DNA from: Camelus ferus
Taxonomy: Eukaryota
Assembly: GCF_009834535.1 (NCBI RefSeq)
Contig: NC_045728.1
Coordinates: 1,426,001-1,490,000 of the forward strand
Length of the DNA stretch: 64,000 nt
Direction: 5' to 3'
Of this stretch, positions 24,246-34,797 are shown one piece after another (positions within the stretch are counted from its first letter, which is position 1; each line of letters starts with the position of its first letter). The position numbers and the translations under genes are program-made. The notes under the pieces are model-generated. The model had not been told where the DNA came from, did no database searches, and was given only the letters and a program-made list of their open reading frames with translations.

Positions 24246-24544
24246 CTCTGGGAACAGCGGCAACTAGCCAGGTCTGTGCTGTAAGCTGGCTTGTGACTAT
24301 CTGGACGCAAGGCCTGTTTGCTGAATCATCATTTGCCTTCGGCGTAAATTGACGCGCAGTTGCTGGAGGTTTAGGAGACAGCAGACCTACGCTGTGCTTA
24401 AGCACAAATGACCAAGTCACAGGTCCACGCCTCCTCTGACTCTTCAGACGGTAGCCGCTCGCTCTGTGGTAGCTTCCTGCTCCAGCCGTGGATTGAACTA
24501 CACAAACTATACACCTGAGTGATTGTAAAGCTGAGCTGGAATGT

Positions 24545-24546
<2 letters not shown>

Positions 24547-24580
<34 letters not shown>
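24547..24580. repeat. (AC)17 microsatellite
   Basis: Read directly from the sequence. Confidence 0.95.
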
Positions 24581-24584
<4 letters not shown>

Positions 24585-25599
24585 CCCACGGTGCAGAACC
24601 AGAAGGCAGACAGGCTGTTCAGCTTGCACCGCCCTGTCTGGCCCTAACTGGCTCTTCCCGCCCAGCTGTGCGCTGCAGCGTGTTCCAGGCTGGAGCCGGC
24701 CACCGGCACTGATCTGTGCTGCCACCAGCTATGAGCTTGCAGCGGGCAGAGGGGGACGGGTCAGGCTGCTGAAGGCGGCTGGGGACTGGGCCGCGTGGCC
24801 CTCGGCTGGTGCGCTGGGATGAGCTGGGGCAGTCGCCATGGCCATCGGGGGCAGAGGGGCCTGTTGGCACGCCGTGAGGCGCAGACCGCTGGAGGCGGGC
24901 GCTGTCCCCTGAGGGCGCTGGGCTCCGCTAATGAAGGCGCCTCGTTGGAGGGTTATTTCACCGAGAGGGGGCGTAAAACACGGCATCTCAGGTGAAGTGC
25001 ACGCAGTCTGGGTTGAACGTCCTGGTCAGGACAGAAAAAATTTGTCCTTCCCGTTCACTTTCAGATGAAAGGTGAGAGGGTTTGGGGAAATTATTAACAT
25101 CCACGGGGTGAAATCGGCAAGATGGAGCAGAGCCCATGACCTCTCGCCTGCTCGAGTGCAAACGGCAGATGCCTCCAGATCCACGAGGCGCAGCCAGGCA
25201 GGAGCGAACCTGAGGCCAGGAGACCTGCCCCGTCCGTGTCCCCACGTATGTGTGACCTTGCTCGCACTCACAGTGACCGTGTTTGGTCAGCTGACCCCCG
25301 TCGGCCACCCTGCCCTCCCTGCCGGTCCCGGACAGGCCTGCCTGGTCCCCCTGAGGGCTGTGCACTTGCCCTGTGCCCGCTGGCCCATCTGCTGAGGGCC
25401 CCGTCCCCTCAGACGTCTGCACGGCTCCATCCCTGAGCTCATCCAGGTGTCTGCACACAGGTCCCCGCCTCGCCCAGGACTCCCTGGTATGCCAGTCGGA
25501 TGATGCCAGAGCCTCTCACCTGGCCCCCTCTACTTCCCCTTCCCTGCTTGGCTTCCCGTTGTGCTTACCAGTGCGTGGTTGTGCGTTTGTTCATGGTCA

Positions 25600-25715
25600 C
25601 CACCTTCCTCCAGAAGATAACTTCGTGAAGGCAAAAGCTCTGCCTCTTTCGGCCATCGGTGTATCTTCAGTGCCTGGAAGAGCTCCGTGGCGGACAGTGG
25701 GGGCTCAGAAAGTAC
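25600..25715 (+). mobile_element. L2 3' fragment
   Basis: gataacttcgtgaaggcaaaagctctgcctctttcggccatcggtgtatcttcagtgcctggaagag resembles L2 'gtaagctccatgagggcagggac..tgtattcccagtgcctagcacag'. Confidence 0.5.
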
Positions 25716-25819
25716 ACGTCACAGGTGTCGGTGGTCCAGCCTCACAGCCGGGGTCTCTGTATGGCAGTGCTGTTGCCAGGGAACCCTCACCCTCGGATTC
25801 CTAAGTTCGTCTCACAACC

Positions 25820-25905
25820 AGCAGTGGGACTGAGCAGGTTCTTAACCTCTTTCAACATCAATTTGTCTGTAAAATGGAGAGAGGAGCACTGATGCCTTGA
25901 GATGG
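25820..25905 (+). mobile_element. MIR core fragment
   Basis: ctgagcaggttcttaacctctttcaacatcaatttgtctgtaaaatggag matches the MIR core. Confidence 0.6.
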
Positions 25906-26600
25906 AAAAGAGAGGACAGTGCAGGGGAGGGGCAGTGCGAGCCAGGCAGCACCTTGCCGACTGTCTCTTGGTGGCTTAGCGGACGGGAACCGCAGCCCGG
26001 GAGTTCTGATCCCGTTGTCTGGCCCCCACTGTGAGTGGTCCAGGGGGCCTGGACCTGACGGCATTGCCCGACCTCTGACTGAGTGTGAGGACGGCAAAGG
26101 GGGAAGAAGGCGTGGGGCTCATCCCTACCGTCACCTCCTTTGCCAGCCCCCGGCCCGCGTCGTTGCAGAGGATGCTGTGGGACAGCGGATCGTCGGTGTG
26201 ATCCGGTTTGGTTTTCACAATTTCACTGTGAACAAGGAAGTGTCAGCATTATCATCATGTAGGGAACGGAAGACAGGGAGGTGAAGTGACTGCTGACCAC
26301 ACTGCTGATACGAGGCAGAGTAAGGACAATAATTTGGATCTAAGTCAGTCCCAAGGTGCTATTTACTGTGTCTTATCACCTTAAATTGAGAGTATTACAC
26401 TCACGAAACTCAGTGCCCCTCCAAGTGTGGTCCAGTCATGATGTCCTCCTCTCCTGGTCTTCACAGAGACCACCAGCCGGGCAGGGCAGCACTCAGAGAA
26501 ATCACAGGTGGGCTGGGAAACGCAGCTCTCCAGCCATCTCAGAGATGCTGCAGTCACAACCCAGGCACCACGACCTGCCCTCGGGGGACACCGTGTGTTC

Positions 26601-26624
26601 CACACACACACACACACACACACA
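26601..26624. repeat. (CA)12 microsatellite
   Basis: Read directly from the sequence. Confidence 0.95.
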
Positions 26625-29600
26625 GAGCAGAGAATGCCCAGTGCTGGGCTTACTTGGGACGCCTTAAGGATGACTTTGCTGTTTTCCAAGGTGAGTGGGG
26701 AAGGGAGTGAATATATAATGTGCCGCAGTGGGAACCCTCATCCATCACCTTTGCAGGACTGTCTAAACCATGGTTGCGGCAGGAAGGATAGTCCTCAAGG
26801 GTGGCCCCGCACCTGTGAAATAGCTGTGCAGTTTGTCACGGGAGCAGGTGCAAGGTCTCCCAGAAAACCTGGAGTCAGGGCTGTCCCTCAGAAGACGCGA
26901 TGTCACCTGGAAATGTTGACTGAGTTTTTTGTGATTTCCTGCTGCCCATTTACTGCGGATTGCCTCGGACCCTGCCGTGCTGTCGGCGCCCCGGTGCTGA
27001 GCGCTTACACCGGTGAGCGCAGGGCAGGCGGTCCGGTGGGTTCTCAGAGGAGCCTGCACGGGGTGGGGGGAGGTGGTGGGCCCCTCCGCTGTCTGCTCCG
27101 CCGCCCTCCCTGCCACCGAGGAGCTCTTTCGGACTGACTGGGGAGCGGGAAGTTGAAGCATCTGGTGCTTATTTATGTACAAAACAAACATAAATAAGAA
27201 ACCATGTACAGATGCGGTTCTGACAAGTCCCCGGAAACGAGAAGACAAGAAGCATAAACAAACCAAAGGGAGAGGAATCGATACCAAGAGGGGAGAAGAA
27301 AAGGAGCAGAACCCCCCCAAGACTGTGCTTCAGACGTTTAAATTCAAGCTCAAGTCCCTGACCCAAGCCTAGCACTTTTTAATGGGGTCTAAGGTTTCTG
27401 AAAACCAGTGGATAAGAATTACGAGTTCCCTACTTCACTCTCCCCTCTCCCTCCAAGAATTAGGAGGGACACTCACTCGGAGCAGCTGACGCACAGAAGA
27501 CAAAACAGGTGCCGGAAATCGCCAACACTGCAATCTGAAGAGGCCAGGCCCCGGCATTCTGTCAGGCCCAAGCCAAGCAGCGTGACTCCCATCGTGTCAG
27601 CCGGTTTTCGTCCTGGTAGCGATGCAGAAATCAGCCCAGTCCTGGAGTCCGACTCCAGCAACGTTGTTTAGGTGCTTTGATAAGAAGATGTCCTTCTTAT
27701 TCCAATGTAACAGGCGTGTATCTGGCTATCAAAAGAAACATTTTAATTAAAAAAAAATAACAAAATAGCGAGGCGTGGGCGATGGCCGGCTCTGAAGGTG
27801 TCTTCTTGCCCTGTGTCTCACCAGGAAAATGCACCCACCAGCTCACCTGCAGCCACAGGGTGCACGGCCTCCCTTAGGGCTCACGCCTCAATTCCTGGAG
27901 ACCGTCCAGGCTGAGCAGAGGCCAGGCTCTCCGGGACGGGGCACGTTACCTATGACCGTCTGTCTGAGGCTGTTATCTCATGCTCTGACTGGCGTTGGAG
28001 GATGTATTTATAGATCCTACTTTTTCTGCCCAGTCGTTTGTCAAGAAGGAGAATGAGACCTCTTTTTTTGGAGGAGAGGGGCTTGTATCGCAGTTAGAAA
28101 AATTGTACCATGTGGCCGTCAGCGGATGGCGTTAGGGTCAGTGAGCGGACACTACGTGAGCCCCCGAAGTAAAGCCTTCAGACACGCAGAGCGATCCCAG
28201 GTGAGACTGGACTATGGAAGTGTTCAAAGTGGAGAAGGAAGGGCTGGTGGGAGTCCCAGTCCTCGTAACCCTGGCATTGCTCACAGTAAGTGAAGGGCGG
28301 CGTGTCAGCCATCACCTGTCCCCAGCAACGAGATGCCCGCCGCGCAGGTTGGAGAAGGTGCTCGGCTATTGAACGAGACGGATGCTAAGGCTCCTGTAAC
28401 CCTCAGAGTCTATAATTCACCTTTTATTTTTTTGTCCCATGTGAGCGGTGCGGTGGTAGAGTTAGAAAGTCACCTCTTGGTCTTGCTGTGTTTCTTGAGA
28501 ATCTGAGGGGTTTTTAGAAATTGCTCTTTCCTCCTGGAGACTATGAGGAAGCAGGTGCCTGAGAGGGAAGTAAAAAGTGCTTTGTACCAGCCGGCAGCAA
28601 TGATCCTTTCCCCAAACGCTTCTGACGGTGTTTCCCGGCTGCTAACGTCGTTGACCAGTGGACCCAGGAACCGCTTTGATTTGGTGCTTTCAGGCTGCCA
28701 AGGGGAGGTCTTAGGAGAGCAGCCCCGGGAGTGGGGTTTGTCCTCTGCGGCGGGTTAAGTCCCGTCTGGACACATCTCAGCCCGTTGAGGCAGTGAACCC
28801 CTGGCTGTAAATCTTGGCGTCTTAGACACTGTTTCCAGGAAGTTCATCGAAACCCTGGGGAGAAAACCCTGAGCAGCAGTGGGTCTGAAGGATGCTATAA
28901 ATGGATTTGCCCTCAAGTGTTATGATGCTTAATGGAAATGTGTTCTGCCCTTTTCTTTAATTAACTTTTAATTTCCGTGACACTGAGAAGGAGTGGTAGT
29001 GACAGAGCCACTGCCGTCAGCCTTCTGAAGCATGAAATAGAAGGGACCAGAGCTGGGAGTCCACGCTGAGCCAGGTGGCGGGGCCCCGCGCAGTCCGCCA
29101 CGCTGAGCCCCGGCCAGTCGTGGGGGCGGTCTCCATGACCCGGACGGCTGCCCGGGGAGGAGGGCGTGAACCCAAACCATTACCAGGTCTAGAAAGGAAA
29201 GCAGGGCAGAGAGGAAGAGGGGGAGAGGGGAGGGTGGGGGCTTCCAGTGTGTCTGCCGATGGCATCCACGAAACTACACGGAGTAGAAGACAGGGAAGGA
29301 GTTTCCGGAAGGGTCTGCGGGGTGTGGACAGAGAGAAACTGGGAGTCAGGACCTGGTGAGTGCGTGCAGGGCCCAAGGGGCAACGGCGCCTCCTGCAGGC
29401 CCCGCCGTGGGGGCCCGGGAGCCCGTGGGGACTGCAGGCTCACCCCTGCCCAAGTCTGCAGGCAGGAGAGCCGTCGGGGCGGTGACCTGCCCTACATGGC
29501 CTTCCGCGTGTTTTTAAAGGATGTTTGACTCTGAAATGTGACGCTTTGCTCCGCGTTTTCTTCCCCAGCGGTGCCTCTCTCAAGCTGTTGTGGAGGAGTT

Positions 29601-31710
29601 CGCGCTGTCGGTTGCAGGGTGACTGAGGTGGCCTGGGCACGCCGCGAGTCTGGCCGGAGAAACCCAAGTGCCAGCGTTATCGTGAGGCAGGAGCTACCAG
29701 TGGGTTTAGCGCGAGCGTGAGGTGCTGCGACTAAGCGGAAATCACTCCCCGCGGTGACTTCCCAGTCTGTTTGCAAGGACCTGCCTCGCGGCTCCTCCGC
29801 AGTGGCCTCCCCTGCGGTGCCCGCGTGCCCGTCCCGCAGCGCCGCGCGGAGGACTTGGCGGGTGGCACGGGTGAGCGTGGGCCTGTTGTCTGCACGGGCA
29901 TCACGCTTTTTGATTCTTTCCCAAATTACAGTGAATTTTTTAAAAACATTTCCTTTTTTATTTGTCACGCTGTCTTTCGTCTCTCCTTGTGCGCAGCAAT
30001 GAATGGACTACGTAGGGCCACTTCTGAGTTAACATATTTGCAAAGTGACCCAGGACAAAACATTTCCTTGATCCAGACCACAGGTAACAAACCATAACCC
30101 AGAGCCAAGCCTGGCTCAACGCGTGTGTTTGAAAATACAGTTTTATAAGGACAAAGTCTTGCTGCATTAAAAAGAAAAAGCCCGTGGGGCCTCTCCAGCT
30201 GCAACAGCAGAGCTCAGCAGTCGGGCTGGAGGCAGAGCCCGGCGGCCCCAAGTATCTCCTGTCAAACCCTGCACGGGAATCGTGGGTCAGCGCCAGCTCC
30301 GGACTCATCGCTTCTCATCTGATTCCTTACCCAAGTTGCCAAGCTGGTCTTGTCTCTCATCTTCCTGATGTGGAGTACGTTTGGTAGGGGTCCTCCTAAA
30401 GCTTCAGTAGGGTGATGCCACTCCCGGCCCACGGCCCATGCGGTGAGCTCCCAGCTCCCTGCCCTGGGGGCCCTTCCTCATGGCTTCCCCTGGGGCAGCT
30501 CTCTCCTGTCCCCCTGCGGCCGTGGTCCCCCTCCCTGGCCCGCGCTCCCGCGAGGACTGACTCGTTTATGTCGCATGCCCCCTCCTTCCTCTTCTGGGTC
30601 ACCCCTGTGTGCAGCCCCCAGCCCAGGCACGAGCCTGCCAGGGAGACCCCTAGTCGCCGTGCGTCGTGTCTCTGTCCGCGTGGCCCCCATGTGCGTCTCC
30701 GCAGCGGCGTTTGTCACTTGTGACGCGTGTTGTACTTTGTCTGCTTCCTTGTTTTACTGCCCATAGAGGGTCAGTTGCTGAACCCTGGGCCCCTGTGGCT
30801 GTTGTGAACCGCAGTTCCTGCCACCGGCCGGAGAAACGCATGTGACATCCGTCGGCTGATGCCCCGCTCCGCCCGCGCCAGGCGTGTGTCTGGGGGACTC
30901 TGCCCACCAACCAGGTGCTTCCTACGCGCAGGTTGCCGTTCGATCGATGGTTCCATCTTCAGCCCCCGAGCAGCCCTTCTTTGGTCCTGCCGTGTGGGTG
31001 TCCCTCTCAGACTGTCATGGGGGCTCCGTGCAGCCTGACCTGGCGGGGGGGGGGGGTCCAGGTGCCGCGCAGTCTGCGGCAGCGCCTCTGCCTTTCCCAC
31101 AGGTGACAGACGTTTGTGTCACATGTGCAGACCTCCCACTGCGACCGAAATAACCATGCTCAACGGTTCAGGGACTGAAGTGTTTTTCTGCAGCCATTGT
31201 TCATTCTGCAGCAGAGGGCCTGTTCTGTGCCAAACATACGTGTGTCCTACAGGGACGCGCACGCACGGCTGTTTAAAATGGCATCCGTGCTGTCTCTGAA
31301 GCGGTCTTCCTATTGGGGTTTCTGTCAGATTTATTAAAACACCTGTGACAGTTCCGTGGTGTCAGAATCTTGATGGTAGAACTCACTTATTTTGGAAAAA
31401 AAGATTTTTCAGTTGAGTTTGAAGCCCATCCGTGATTAAAACACAGTTTAAAATATGAGAAGTGTGAAAGAATAAGGTTGGTCATAAGACAGAGAAGACA
31501 CGACATTTCTGCGTGAGCAGCTGGAAGCCCCAGCTCCTTCGGCTGGGGGATGTGAGTCGATCACATAACTTTTCTAGCCCTCGGTGTCTCACTCATCACC
31601 CAGCGTTTAGGGGGCAGGTAGGTCTCCTGGATCAGCCGAGAGGGCTGAAGGAGAAACGTGAGACGGGCTTGGTTTTAAGCGTGTGTGCGTTTTCATGGCG
31701 GCCGCCTGTA

Positions 31711-31861
31711 GCCGGTGGGTGCCTAAGACCCTCACCTGTGGCCGGGTGGGTGCCTGAGACCCTCGGCTGTGGCCAGGTGGGTGCCTGAGACCCTCGGCTG
31801 TGGCCGGTGGGTGCCTGAGACCCTCACCTGTGGCCGGGTGGGTGCCTGAGACCCTCGGCTG
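31711..31861. repeat. GC-rich minisatellite, about 5 units of 30-31 bp (gcc(g)ggtgggtgcctgagaccctc[ac/gg]ctgtg)
   Basis: Units read directly at 31711-31740, 31741-31771, 31772-31802, 31803-31832 and 31833-31861. Confidence 0.95.
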
Positions 31862-32454
31862 GGTTCAGTGGGAGGGATCTTGTCTATCTGCAGGACCAGG
31901 AGTTGCCTAGAGGTGGAAAAACTCTAACAGGCGGGCGAACATTAAATCCTGGCGCCGTTCCTGTACTCGGTTAGAGGTGTTTCTTAACTTCCATGGTCAG
32001 CAGGGTTCCCCCGCGGGCTCAGAGGACTGCTGCTGTCCTGCAGAACCCTCTGGGTAACGGCAAGGCGGAGGCCAACTGCCTCCGAGCTCTGGGCCTCACA
32101 CCAGGTCTGCTCAGCCCTGGAGCTTCCATGATGCTGCTGGGAAGAAGCAACGCGGCGGTCAGAGCCGTACGCTTTGGATTCGAGCCGCCCCGTGACAAGG
32201 ATTTTACCCCGCCCTTTCTCACAGGTGAGGGAAGTGAGGTCTGGGGACAGTGATGCACAGAGGCCAGCTGCACACCTGTGTCCTCGAACTAGGAGGGCTT
32301 TCTCTCAGCAGCAGATTTCAAAGCCAAAGTCCTGTGGGGCCAGGGACCGAGAGGAGCACAGGGGCCCAGTGCGAACTGGACCGGGGACTCACACCTTCCC
32401 CCGGACAAGAGAGGGGCTGTGGGAAGGAGGCAGGGCTGTGCGGTTTTTCTCTCT

Positions 32455-32785
32455 TTTTAATTAATTTTAAAAAATTGGAGTATGGTTGACTGACAATGTT
32501 GTGTTAGTTTCTGGTGCACAGCACAGTGATTCTGTTATACACAGGATGTGTTCTTTCTCAGATTCTTTTCCGTGATAGCTTATTGCAAGATACTGAGTGT
32601 AGTTCCCTGTGCTGCACAGCAGGACCTTGTTGTCTGCCTGTTTTGTATACAGTACTTTGTATCGGTTAATCCCAAACTTCTAATTTATCTTTCTCTACCC
32701 ACCCCTCTCTCCTTTGGTGACCATAGTTTGTTTTCTATGTCTGTGAGTCTCTTTCTGGTTGCAAATAAGTTCATTTGTATAATTC
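32455..32785 (-). mobile_element. LINE-1 3'UTR fragment (cetartiodactyl type)
   Basis: ttggagtatggttgactgacaatgttgtgttagtttctggtgcacagcacagtgattc...gagtgtagttccctgtgctgcacagcaggaccttgttgtc...tttgttttctatgtctgtgagtctc is the reverse L1 3' end. Confidence 0.85.
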
Positions 32786-34727
32786 GGAATGTTTCAAGGG
32801 AGTCCAGAAATCTGCATGTTTAAGTGCAATGTCCTGATCTTCAAATGTTGGCTGCAACTTCGCATATTTGACCAAGACCCCAAGGGGACAACACAACACG
32901 TGTGCTTGCTGGACACAGTCCCCCAGCCCTCACTCCCAGGGCCTCCAGCAGACCCTGGACCTCCCTGCTTACTGTCCCTTCTGCTGATGTGTGGTGCCTG
33001 CCCCGACCGCCACCCCAGTTCCCTCTCTTTTCTCGTCTGTGTCCTCCACTAAGCTGTCCGTTTTCACTGTAAACACCCTCCCTCGAGTCTTCCCAGCCTG
33101 TGCCTCCTCCTGGCAGTCAGGACGCTCTGCGACGGAATCACAGGCGGCTGTTTACAAAGCAGGAGGAAGTAGCAGGACCGAGGAGTTTCTGTCCGCAAAG
33201 CAAGGGGCCCTCTGCTCAGGCAGTCGACGGACGGAAACAGAGTTGGAAATGATTTTGTTTCAATTAGATTTTAATTAGCTTCTGTCTTGGAACCATTGGC
33301 TCAGTTGCCAAATAATTGAAAAAGCAACCGTATTTGCATCTGTTGCTCCTAAGAATAGCAATTTTGCAGCATCTGATCCATGGTTTATTCAGAGGATGAG
33401 AAGGAGGAGGGGAGTTTGGTGGCGTGGGTGGGGGAATTTCAGATGAAGCAATCAGTGTCCACAGAAGCCTGGCTGGGTCGGCAGCGAGACTGTGAGCCGT
33501 CCTCTGTAGCCTCACCCCGACTTCACCTGGAATTAATACGGGACAGTGGTGGCAGGAAACATTTAATTAGCAGCCTGCACGAGCTTATTACAGAGCTCAG
33601 GCCACTCCAATTCCAGCAGGCAGGGACGTTCAGGGAAAGCAGCAGCTGTGGCCAAGTGTGCAGCAATGGGAAGGTCGAGAGGGGCGTCTTGTGGGGGCTC
33701 AGGGGGCTGCTGAGTCCTGGAGCTCAGTCCCTGAGAGCTTGCAGGCTCCAGATTTGGTGTTTTTAGGGAGGAACATCCCTCTCTGGTCCTCCCCTGTGAC
33801 CTGCTGCGGAGCTGAGCCGTCACAGGATGGTGAGTAGGGCTCAGACCTGCCCCCCTCCTTGGCTTCCCAGGGTCCATTCAAGGATTCTGATCGTGGCTTT
33901 GCAAGATCTTTTTTTTTCTGACAAAGCAGACAGGGTTTCCACGTCTATGAAGTTGATGAAAACGCTTTCCCCGTGGGAAAATGCAAGTGGACGTCTCTGT
34001 GCATTTTCTCTGGAGGAAAATGTGGTGTTAGGGGAGCTAAGCAGTTCATGCCCCTTGTTCCCTCCGGAGACAAGTCTTCTGTTCACGGGAGGGAGTCACA
34101 GAAAACCTGCCAGTGACATTTTTCTCTATTTTTATGTGGTTGGTGATGTCTTTGAGTAAATTCTTAAGGATCCCCTTCCTGTGAAACGAACAACCACATA
34201 CTGGACTGTACCTCCTTCCCCCACAGCCGCCTTAGAGGACGATGGGAAGGGAATTCTCAGTCCTGGGGCGGAGTCACCCCTTCAGATGCTCCCCTCGGGA
34301 GCGCGGCTTCCTTAGGTCCCCCGCCCGCAGGTCACACAGTTAATGCCTCTGATGTCTGAAGTCCCTCTCTCGCTCGCTCTGTGTAGGTCTGCGGTGTCTG
34401 GATCTTCCGCAGTGGGATGAGTTCATGTAGTACCTGCATAATACCAAAATAAATTTTAAAAAGTCTGTTGCCTGAAGATAAATCTAATACAGCAGGTCGT
34501 GATTGTGTTAAATGCAATCAGAAATAAAATCGCACTAATAATACTTTCATGAGTCCTGCACAACACAGTTATTAGTCCATTATCACGACTGCTACCTCTG
34601 TCTCCCGCGCGGCCACTGGACAGGTGGTTCTCCTGTGATCGTAACAGTGCCCTGTAAGTAGGATCTGGCTGCTTGTTCAGGACAAATGCCAGCACAGCAC
34701 ACATTCTTTTAGAGCTGTTTTCCTTGA

Positions 34728-34797
34728 CCACCCCCTGCAGTGCGGTCCCCGTGCCCCCTGCGTTGTGGCCCCCGCCACCCCCTGCAGTGCGGTCCCC
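34728..34797. repeat. Three-unit tandem repeat of about 23-24 bp (ccaccccctgcagtgcggtcccc), middle unit degenerate
   Basis: Identical copies at 34728-34750 and 34775-34797 flank a diverged copy. Confidence 0.85.
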
